Shown here piece by piece: positions 9,147-21,100 of a DNA stretch of 64,000 nt. The stretch covers positions 576,001 through 640,000 of the forward strand of contig OZ245365.1 in the NCBI GenBank assembly GCA_965226495.1, written 5' to 3'. Position numbers and translations under genes: made by a program. The DNA is from Candidatus Marinacidobacterales bacterium (GTDB lineage: Bacteria; Acidobacteriota; Vicinamibacteria; Marinacidobacterales; DATDRI01). The notes beneath the pieces are model-generated. The model had not been told where the DNA came from. It saw only the letters and a list, made by a program, of their open reading frames with translations, and searched no databases. The stretch's first letter is position 1. The number at the start of each line of letters is the position of its first letter.

Positions 9147-12100
9147 ATGTCTTGGCTCGGGGGTACTTTGACTAAGTCAGCGCATCCAAAACTTAGATCG
9201 CACGCATTGAAGGCTCTTGCCTTTTCTATTCTGGCCGTCTGTCTACCCACGTCCCTTTTCTCCGCCGAAGTGACCATCGAATCCTCTGCTCAGGTGAATC
9301 ACGAGGTGTGGGAAAGCCAGGGCGCGGCCGTCATCTTTACCTGCGACCAGATCGGCTACGTCTTTTACTTGGCAGCGTTCGATGCCACCTCGGGAACTCC
9401 AACCTACCGGCAGACGACCGATGGGGGAACCACCTGGGGACCGGCGGTCGCCATCACATCCCGGACGGACATCGAGGATCTCGGCGGCATTTGGTACGAC
9501 CGCTGGACGCCGGGCGATACGACAGGGACAAAGATCCACATCAGCTATTACTCCGGTGTGGCCGACGACACCACTTACTACCGAAGCCTGGACACCGCGG
9601 ATAACTCGCTGGGTAGCGAGGTCTTGGTCGCCGACATGACCAATATCAACCAAGATGACGGTCACACGTCGATCACCAAAGCTACCGACGGCGATCTCTT
9701 CATCTATGCCGCCAGCACGGGCGTTCAAGATGTCTGGCGGTCCATTGACAACGGCTCCAGCTGGGTATCCACTTCGGCTTCCTTTCTCGATGACGACCTC
9801 GATCAGGGAAACCTGATGCCGCTCTCCGGGGGAGACGTTCTGCTCACCTGGTATGATGCGACGGCTGCAACAACCTTTTCCCGCGTCTTAACCAACGGCT
9901 TGGTCTGGGATGTAGCGAGCACCACGGTTGCTACCAACATCAATTTCACCAGCCATACCTGGGCCAGCACTTGGGGCACTTCCATCGACAAAACCTCTGG
10001 CGATATCTTTCTTGCCGTCAATGATTGCCCCGCTGACCCGGTGGGTTGTCTTCCCACCCCTGACTCCAGCATCGAGACTTACTTTTACGATGAAAGTCTG
10101 CGTTCCTGGTCGCAAAGAACCAATGTTTTGAGCGCCGACACCTCCAATGTTCGAGACGTCAAGGTATCCATCGACGAGAACACCGGTGATATTTACGTCG
10201 TCTATCAACGCGGCGGAACCGGCAGTCACGTTTACTACAAGAGATCTGTCGACGGAATGACGAGCTGGGGAGTGGAAACGCAGGTGAGTACCACCGGCGA
10301 CGACCTGCGCGTGATTAGACCCAACCTGATGAGCGATGAGCGGCTCTATGCCGTGTGGTTCAATGATGATCTGTCGGATATCTTGGGCGACACCATCGTC
10401 GACCTCACCTCGTCTACCCCGTCTCTCACACTGACCGACCAAACCGCCACCCAGGTCGGCGACGCGCTCACCACCAGCTCGCCGGTCACGGACGTTGTTT
10501 TCTACCGCTTCAACCTCGCTCGGTCCGGCACCGTCACCGTGAACAATATCCGGGTCAACTTCACCACCGGGGGCGGGATCGTCAACGCTGACGTCACCAA
10601 CGGCCAGCTCTACCGGGACGAGAACAACGACGGAGCCTGGGACGTCGGCGATACGCTCCTGCTGGGCGGCGTGACACCCGCAGGAGGCGTGCTTGCCTTC
10701 AACGGCTTGGGCGAAGATCCGGCAGGGGGAACGAACTATCTGGTACGCGCCACGATCGATAACCTGGTCAACGGCGACACCACCACCTTCTCGGTCAACT
10801 TCGCGGATATCGACGTCGTGGAGGCCGGTGTCAACGAATGTGGCACCATCACCGACGCCGTCCATATCCAGGATTTGTTCCTCACACTGGCCAATCATGG
10901 CTCCGGCCAGGTCCCGGACCGGTTCACCGCCGTCACGCCGGTGACCGATGTGCTCTTCCGCTTCAACCTGACGGCGACGGGAACGATCACCGTGGACGTC
11001 TTGCGAGTCAACTTCACCACGGGTGGAGGCGTTGTCAATGGGGACGTCCCGGTGGGTCAACTTTGGGAGGACGTCAACAACGACGGTGCGATCGACGGCG
11101 GCGACAGTCAGATAGGTGGAAACGTCACCCCCACCGGTGGCGTCCTGACCTTCAACACTGATTTCTCGCCCGCCGTGAGCGGCACCAATTACCTGGTACG
11201 GGCCACGGTCGCAAACCTCCTGGGCGCGGACACCACGACCTTTTCGGTGGGCGCTGCCGACATCGACCCGCTCGAGCCAAGCGTCACCGAGTCCGGTTCT
11301 ATCACCAACGCCGTCCATACCCAGGACAACGTCGTCGACCTGACCCAGGGTCACTACCGCTGGCGCAACGATGACGGTGTTGAGTTAGGAGACACCAACG
11401 AGGTGAGCGAGACCGCCTCCACCACGACAACGAATGCGGCCTACGAGGCCTTGTCCGGTATGTCGATCACGCCGGGTGCGGGTGACTATCTGGTGTGGTT
11501 CAGCGGGACCCTGAGGAACAGCAGTACGGGCACCCAGCACGTGTCTCTTTACCTCGATGCGGGTCAGATTGCCGAGAGCGAGCGCGAGATTACAACTGAG
11601 ACTTCGATACCGAATACGCGTTACGTGACCGCCACGCATGCCTTCATTGCGGGAGTGACGGCGGGCCAAACAATCAACGTGCGTTGGAAGACGAGCGCCG
11701 GTACGGCGACGATGCTCGAGCGCACGCTGACCGTAACGAAGGTGAATGCCGCAGATGTTACGCAGGCCACGGCGACCACGCTTGCAACCGAAACAAGCGT
11801 CACCGACACACTCATCAACAGTATGACCCTCACCCCGGGGGCGGGTGACTATCTCATCTGGTTCAGCGGCTCGAACGCCAACACCGCGGCCCCTTCGAAG
11901 AACCACGTGTCGTTGTATGTGAACGGATCTCAGGTAACTCACACGGAGCGGGAGATCGATCAAGAGGAGTCCCTCGGGAATACCTTCTTCCCCGTGGCTT
12001 CACATGCACGAGTGCTTGCAGTGGGAGCGACCGACGCGATAGAAGCACGCTGGAGAGTTAGCGCCGGGACCGCCAACATGAACGCCCGGACGTTGACCGT

Positions 12101-15100
12101 CTACAAGATCAATCCCGCGGAAAACTTCCAAGCGAGTTCCGATATAGACGATGGACCCTTCTCCACCGCCAGCTATACCCAGGTGAACAGCATGACGCTC
12201 ACCCCGGGAGCGGGTGACTATCTCGTGTGGTTCAGCTCCTCCCTGGTAGCCGATAACTCTGGCGATACGGTGCACGTGTCCTTGTTCTCTGGGGGCAGCC
12301 AGGTGCCCCACAGCGAGCGTGAGATTTGGGTGGAAGGCTCGATCGATACGGCTCCCTTTCAATCGTTCCCGGTGGCCACGCACGCCTATATCACGGGAGT
12401 AGGTGGGAGCGATGCCATCGAGGTGCGATGGCAGCTCACGGGTGGTGGTACCGCCACGATGCACGAGCGCACTTTGGTGGTGCAAAAAGTACCGTCTCCG
12501 ATCCTGGCGACCTTTGCGGCCGCCGAGGACACGAAACTGACCGGCCTGGCCAAGAACACCATCAAACGGGTTCGCTTCGAGGTATCGAACGAGGGCAACG
12601 CAAGCTCAGGCGCCGTGACCTACCAGCTTCAGGTGGCGGAGACCGCCACTTGCAGTGCGGGCAGCTACAACAACGTTCCCACGGACACGAGCGGGCATTG
12701 GCAAGTTACGGACTCGTCATTCATCACTGATGGTGAGCCGACCGCGAACATCAGTCCCGGGCTTACCGACGACGCGACGACGTTTGTGTCGGGTGAGCTG
12801 AAGGACTTGGGTAACACCACCGGAACCATCACCCTAGGCGTAGACCAGTTCACCGAGGTCGAGTTTTCGGTCCAGGCACTGGCGGCGGCCACCGACGGCG
12901 GTGATTATTGCTTCCGCCTCCAAGTCCTCGATACCTATATCAACTACGCCGAGGTCCAGCTGGCCGCCCCGACCACCGATGTCACGGTGACTGTCTCCGG
13001 CACCCAGACAGCGACGATGGGAATCCCCAGCACGAACCAGTACGTGGGCGGGAAGTTCGTCATCGTCGACAACACCGGCTCGCGAAACATCACCGGTATC
13101 ACCATCACCGAGAGTGGGACCGTCGACGCTCTGAACAACCTGGATAACATCAAGCTCTTCTACGAGCTCGACACCACGGCTCCGTATGACGGAGCGAGCG
13201 AAAGCTACGCTGGGACAGAGTCTCAGTTCGGGGTAACGGACACGACCGGTTTCAGCGCTGCCAACGGAACATCGAGCTTCACGGGCACGGTGGCGATCAA
13301 CACGACATCGACGATGGTGGTGTACGTGGTGTTCGATGTAGGCGCGGGAGCCACCCCGGGCGAGACGGTCGAGATCAGCATCAATGACTCCTCGACGGAA
13401 GTCACGGCCAGTGCAGGAACCGTCGGTCCGGCCACACCGGTCGCGATCCCGGGGACCACGACACTTGCCGCGCCGCCTGCAGGTGTCATTTTCTACTCGG
13501 TGGGGACGGACAACACCGCGCTCTATTCGGATACGGCTTCGGCCGCGAGCGGAACGCTCACCCTGAATAGCGCAGCTGCCAACAACATTGGAGTGGGTGA
13601 CGAGATCCGGGAAGGAGCGAACCGTTACTACATCACCGGGCGCACCTCAGCGACCGTTTTTGCGATTCAGAATTCTGCCGCGAATGGTGGTACCCCGGGC
13701 GATACGAACATTACCTTCGCGCTCACCGCAATCACGATTTTTCGCGCCTTCAACGACTTGGACACCGCACCCACCGGCTCTGCGGACGCCAACCACCTCA
13801 ACACTACGGATCTCGTAACCGGTAACTTCCAGCTCAACTGGGCGTGTTACAACGACGGTCCCGATCCGTCGGTCGAAGTGGTGATTCAGGAGCCATGGGT
13901 CACTGGGCCTGCGAACTACATCCGGGTCTTCACTCCCACCGACTCAACCCAAGTCGGAATATCTCAGCGACACACCGGCGTTGCCGGCACCGGATACCGA
14001 ATTGCGCCTTCCACCGTCGCAGGCTCCGGCAATTTCAATCTGCTGCAGATCAGCACGGACTTCGGCCACGTCCGCATCGAGGGAATCGAGCTCGACGGCT
14101 CGAACGTGACCGGTGGCGACGGTGTATACGGTATCGACCTGGGTGACAGTGACGGCGCGAGCTCCGACGACATTCGGATCTCCCACTGCCTAATTCACGA
14201 CATCACCAACTCGAGCCTCGCGGATGCGAGCGGCCTTGATGTGGCAGGGATCAACGTCTTCGTTGGGCGCCCCTCGGACAACACGAAGATCTGGAACAAC
14301 ATCATCTACGACGTCTCCAACGTGAGCACCAACGGTGCCTCTGACGCGAAGGGCATCAGGATGAGCGCGCCCGGGGTTACCTACTACGTCTACAACAACA
14401 CCGTGTACGACATCAGGAAGACGGGCACGGGTGGTGACGCCAACGGTATCGAAGACAACGGTGTGACCGGCGTTCATGCGAAGAACAATTACGTGGGTCT
14501 CGTCCAGCACCTCATGGGTGGCCCGCAACTCTGCTTCAACGGCACGTTCCTTTCCGAGAACAACAACGTCTCTTCGGACGCCACGGCGGGGGGCGCCGGG
14601 AGTCAGATCAACCAGTCAGCTTATGCTTCCTACTTCGTGGACACCACGGGCGGTAGCGAAAACCTCCACCTACTCAATGACTCGAACACGCTTTGGGGCT
14701 CTTTCGGTACCGACCTGGATAGCGACGCCAATCTGCCAATTACGGACGACGTCGATGGCGAGGCGCGGGACGCGACCCAGCCGGACATCGGAGCGGATGA
14801 GGCCGCCCCTGCCGTCGTCGCCTTCTACTCGGTGGGGACGGACAACACCGCGCTTTATTCGGACACAGCCTCGGCGTCGGCCGGGACCCTCACGCTGAAC
14901 AGCCCTGCCGTCGACAAAATCGGAGTCGGTGACGAGATACGGGAGGGAGTGAATCGTTACTACATTACCGGACGCAACTCGGCGACCGAGTTTACGATCC
15001 AAAACTCTGCCGCCAATGGAGGTACACCGGGTGACGCGAACATTACCTTCGCGTCTACCGCCATCACGGTTTTCCGGGCGTTCAACACGCTCACGGCAGC

Positions 15101-18100
15101 CGAGGCAGGCTCCTCCAACGCGAGTCATCTCAACACGGCGAACCTCGTTACCGGCAACTTCCAGCTCAACTGGACCTGCTATGACGACGCTGCCCTGAAC
15201 GATACTGTCGTAATCAACGGGTACACGACGGGAGCCAGCAGCTACATCCACATCTATACACCGACCGCGACTAACGAAGTCGGAATCTCCCAACGTCACA
15301 CCGGAGTCGCAGGAACGGGATTCCGCCTAGTTCCGGTAACCAGTACCCCACCAAGTCTCATACGGGTTTTGCGTATCCAAGATGAGCACGTCCGCGTCAC
15401 CGGGATCGAGATCGATGGCTCCAGCATTACAAATGGCCAAGAGTTAGAGGGAGTTTCAACCTCTAACTCACTCACTGGGGCATCCGACATTCGACTCGAC
15501 AAACTCATTGTCCACGATATTCGCAGCGAGGACGGCGGCGGCGGAGATGCCGATCCGATTGGCGTTCATATCGGTGGCGGAAACGTCAAGCTCAGCAACT
15601 CGATCATCTATGACATCGCGCAAAGCACCGCCCAGGCTAACGCCGACGCTTACGGAAGTCGCACGTCCGGCGTCGCCAACAACGTCTTCTACCATAACAA
15701 TACGATCTTCAATATCAAGAACACCGGCAACACTCGCTCCGCTTGGGGAATCCAGCGCAGTGTCGGTACGGTCACTGCCAAGAACAATGCCGTATTGGAT
15801 GTGGAATCGACGAGCGGGGGAGAAGCGTGCTTCAACGGGGCGATGACGCAGAGCAATAATGTCTCCTCGGATGCCACCGCCGTCGGTCCCCAGAACCAAA
15901 CGTCGTACGCCACGTATTTCCAGAACATCACCAACGGCAGTGAGAATCTTCACCTGCGCAATGACTCGAACGCCCTTTGGGGCTCGTTCGGCGCCGATTT
16001 GGACACCGACCCCAATCTGCCGGTCACCGAAGATGTCGATGCAGAGGCCAGGGATGTTTCCACCCCTGACATTGGCGCCGATGAGTTCGCAGGCGCGGTG
16101 GGGGCGGGCGTCATTTACTACTCGGTGGGGACGGACAACACCGCACTTTATTCGGACACGGCGTCGGCGTCGGCCGGGACTCTCACGCTGACCAGTCCTG
16201 CCGTCGACAAAATCGGAGTGGGTGACGAGATACGGGAAGGGGCGAATCGCTACTACATCACCGGTCGAACCTCGGCAACCGAGTTTACGATCCAGAACTC
16301 CGCCGCGAACGGAGGCACACCGGGCGATACCAGCATTACCTTCGCCTCCACCGCGATCACTATTTTCCGGGCCTTCAACGGCCTCTCGGCGACCCAAGCT
16401 GGCTCGTCCGACGCCAACCATCTCGCTACGTCTAACCTCGTTACCGGCAACTTTCAGCTCAACTGGGCATGCTACAACGACGGGCCTATGAGCGACGTTC
16501 TCAGCGACTGGAACGGCGTTTCGATCACCGGTTGGACGACTGGGGTGAGCAACTACATTCGAATGTTCGCACCGGTCACGGCGACTGAAGTGGGAACCTC
16601 CCAACGGCATAGCGGAACAGCCGGCTCCGGATTCCGTTACGTCCCCAGTACGGCCACCCCTCAGGTCACCTTCAGTCTCGTGGACGTACAAGCGGATCAC
16701 TTTCGCATCGAAGGTATCGAGATCGATGGCTCTAGTGTTTCAAACGGACAGGGGGTCCAAGCAATTGGCACATTTGGCGTTACCACGGCCGGGAGCGATC
16801 TCTGGTTCGACAAACTGCTCATTCACAGCCTCACCAATACGACCGACGGTATCGTCAGAGCAATCTCCCTTCAAGATGGCAATCTCAAGCTGAGCAATTC
16901 CATTATCTATGGATTAACGAGTGTAGGAACAACGGCCACTAACTATGCGATAGGAGTTGAGCTAAACGAAGCGGCCGGAACTTTCTACATTCACAACAAT
17001 ACTATCTACAACATCAAACAAACTGCCGGCGCCGGTGGCGCAAACGCGTACGGGATAGTGCGATGGCCCGCCGCCGGTGCCACGACCGTCAAGAACACGT
17101 ACGTCGGAGACGTGAATTCTATATTGGGGTCAGAGTGGGATTTCAACGGTATCACGACCCAGAGCAACAACGTCTCCTCAGACGCCACCGCGGCGGGTGC
17201 TGGAAGCCAGGTAAACAAAGCGGCGTACGCGACCTACTTCCAGAACATCACTGCCGGCAGCGAGAATCTTCACCTTCGCAATGACTCCAACACCCTTTGG
17301 GGCTCGTTCGGCGCCGATCTAGACAGCGATCCCAACCTGCCGATCACCGATGATATAGATGGAGATGTTAGAGATGCCTCCACCCCTGACATTGGCGCCG
17401 ATGAGTTCACAGGCGCGGTGGGTGCGGGCGTCATTTACTACTCGGTGGGGACGGACAATACCGCGCTCTACTCGGGCAACGCCTCGGCGTCGAGCGGAAC
17501 GTTGACGCTGGCGAGCGCTGCGGTCGACAAGATCGGGGTGGGCGACGAGATACGGCTAGGAGCGAATCGGTACTACATCACCGGCCGGAACTCGTCGACC
17601 GAGTTTACGCTTCAAGACTCCGCGGCCAATGGAGGCACACCGGGCGATACGAATATCAACTTCGCGTCTACCGCGATCACGATCTTCCGAGCCTTCAACG
17701 ACTTGGACACCGCGACCACCGGCTCCGCGGACGCCAACCACCTCAACACCAGTAACCTCGTTGCCGGCGACTTCCAGCTCAACTGGGTCGGTTACAACGA
17801 CGGCCCTGACCCCTCGTGGAGGCCTGCCATCGAGGAGCCCTGGGTTACCGGAGCATCTAACTACATCCGATTATTCACGCCCACCGATCCAAGCCAAGTG
17901 GGAGTATCACAGAGGCACACCGGCACCGCTGGCACCGGATATCGAATCCGTCCCGTGGGATCAGCCATTGGTATAAGTCACTTCAACTTCGTGTTCATCA
18001 GCACCGACAACGGTTACGTACGATTGGAAGGTATTGAAATTGACGGCTCCGGGCTTACCAACGCCGAAAACATCCGGGGTATTTATATCAATGATCCTGC

Positions 18101-21100
18101 GCCAGGCACAGGGGAAGACGTTCGGATTTCCCATAGCCTTATCCATGATTTAGTCAATACCACGATCGATGATTCGGATCAGAGCAAAATCCTCGCTCTC
18201 TATGTAGACCAAACCAACAATACAAAGATCTCGAATAATGTCGTCTACCATCTCCTCAATGTCTCGACCAATGCGGCGAGCGAGACGACAGGACTAGACA
18301 GTGTGGTAGGCGGAACGACACATTATGTCTTTAACAATACGTTTTACGATATTCAGAGCACCGCAACTACCCAACAGGCACGCGGGATTTGGGATAGTGT
18401 TGGTTCGACGCTTGACGTCCAAAACAACTATGTAGGACTTGTAGACAGCGTCGGGGGATTGGAGGCCTGTTTCGTGGGGCCTTTTGCAAACGAGAACAAC
18501 AATGTGTCCTCCGACGCGACCGCCGCCGGCACCGACAGCCAGACCAACCAGTCGGCCTATGCCTCCTACTTCGTAGACACGACGGGTGGTAGCGAGAACC
18601 TCCATCTAATCAACGACTCCAACACGCTTTGGGGCTCGTTCGGCGCCGATCTAGACACCGATCCCAACCTGCCGGTCACCGATGACGTCGACGCCGATGC
18701 TCGGGATGCGTCGACCCCGGATATCGGCGCCGACGAGTTCAGTAATCCGGTCATTGTTACTTTCTATTCGGTGGGGACGGACAACACCGCCCTTTACTCG
18801 GACACCGGGTCCGCGTCGAGCGGTACGTTAACCCTGAACAGCGCTGCCGTGGACAAGATCGGAGTGGGCGACGAGATACGGGAAGGAGCGAACCGCTACT
18901 ACATCACCGGGCGCATCTCAGCCACCCAGTTTACGATTCAGAACTCCGCCGCGAATGGAGGCACACCGGGCGATACGAATATTACCTTCGGGTTAACCGC
19001 GATCACGATTTTTCGGGCCTTCAACACCCTCACCGCGGCCGAGGCGGGCTCCCTAGATGGCAGCCATCTCGGGACTGCGAACCTCGTCGTGAGCAATTTC
19101 CAACTCAACTGGACCTGCTATAACGATACTGCCCTCGACGATACCGTCTTCATCAACGGGTACACGACCGGGCCGAACAACTACATTCACATCTACACGC
19201 CCACGACGACGAGCGAAGTCGGGACCTCTCAGCGCCACGACGGAACGGCGGGAACTGGATTTCGCATGGTACCGGTAACCAGTACTCCGTCCAGTCTCGT
19301 GAACTTTGTCCGTATCGATGATGATCATGTCCGTATCACAGGCATCGAAATCGATGGCTCGAGCATTACCAACGCCCAAGAAATTACTGGAGTGTCAATC
19401 TCCAGTTCGGTTTCACCCTCGTCCGATATTCGATTGGATAAACTCATTATTCACGACATTCAAAGCCAGGACGGTACCGGCGGCGACGCTGATCCGATTG
19501 GCATCCATATTGGTGACGGAAATGTAAGGCTCAGTAACTCGATCATCTATGACATCGTGCAGACGACGGTGAACGTTGATGCCTGGCCACGAGGAGTGCG
19601 CATAAATTCCGGCAACCACTACCTTCACAACAATACGATCTTCAATATCAAGAACACCGGCAACGCCCTAGATGCCTATGGGATCGCAAGTGCTGGCACG
19701 GTGACCGTCAAGAGTACCGTCGTTTTAGATGTCGTGGCGTCCGGTGGACCACAAGCGTGCTTCAGCGGCGCGCTCACTCAAAGCAACAACGTCTCTTCAG
19801 GCGCCACTGCGGTCGGGCCCCAGAATCAATCGGGCCCGTACACCAACTATTTCGTAGACGTTAGCGACGGTACGGAGGACCTTCACCTGTTGAACGACTC
19901 GAACTCCCTCTGGGGTTCCTTCGGCGCCGACCTCGACAGCGATCCCAACCTTCCTATCACCGACGATATCGACGGCGGCGTGCGGGATGCGTCGACCCCA
20001 GATATCGGGGCTGATGAATTTGGTGCCGCCCCGGGGTCACTGACGCTGGCCGACCACGGCGCCACGCAAGTTGGGGACCAGTTCACTATCCAGGCTTCGG
20101 TCACCGACGTTTTGTTCCGTCTCAACCTCAGTCGCTCCGGTACGGTGACCGTCGACAACATTCGCGTCAATTTCACCGTCGCAGGAGGCGTGGCGAACGG
20201 CGATGTCAGCAACGGTGAGCTGTACCGCGACGTGAACAACAACGGCGTCTTCGACAGCGGGACCGACACACTCGTTCTGGGCAGCGTGACGCCGGTGGCC
20301 GGTGTCCTCGCCTTCAACAGTTTGAGCGAAGACCCGGGTGCCGGAACGAACTATATCGTCCGCGCCACCGTCAACAGTCTTAATGCCGGCGACACGACCA
20401 CGTTATCGGTCGGCACGGCGGACATCGATCTCGTGCAGGGGGGAGTCCTCGAATCGGGCTCGATCACGAACGCCGTGCACACCCGGGACGCTGGCGCCAT
20501 CATCTATTACTCGGTGGGGACGGACAACACCGCCCTTTACTCGGACACCGCTTCGGCATCGACAGGGGTCCTCACCCTGAATAGCGCTGCCGCCGACAAC
20601 ATCGGGGTGGGCGACGAGATACGAGAAGGTGCGAATCGCTACTACATCACTGGGCGCATTTCAGCGACCGAGTTCACGATCCAGGACTCGGCAGCGAATG
20701 GCGGCACGCCGGGCGATTCGAATATTAACTTCGCGCTGACTGGGATTACGATTTTCAGGGCGTTCAACACTCTCACGCTAGCCGAGGCGAACTCTCCAGA
20801 CGTTGACCATCTCAATACCTCCGACCTCGTCGCCGGCAACTTCCAGCTCAACTGGACTTGCTATGACGATCTTGCCCTGGATGACACGGCGATCATTGAC
20901 GGATATACCACGGGGGCCAGCAACTACATTCACATCTATACGCCGACGGCGACGAGTGAAGTCGGTGTCTCCCAACGTCACATCGGGGTCGCAGGAACGG
21001 GATTTCGCATAGCGCCCATCACCGCGGCTCCAGCCGATCCTCTAGAAATCATCGATATCCGCGATGATCATGTCCGCATCACCGGGATCGAGTTCGATGG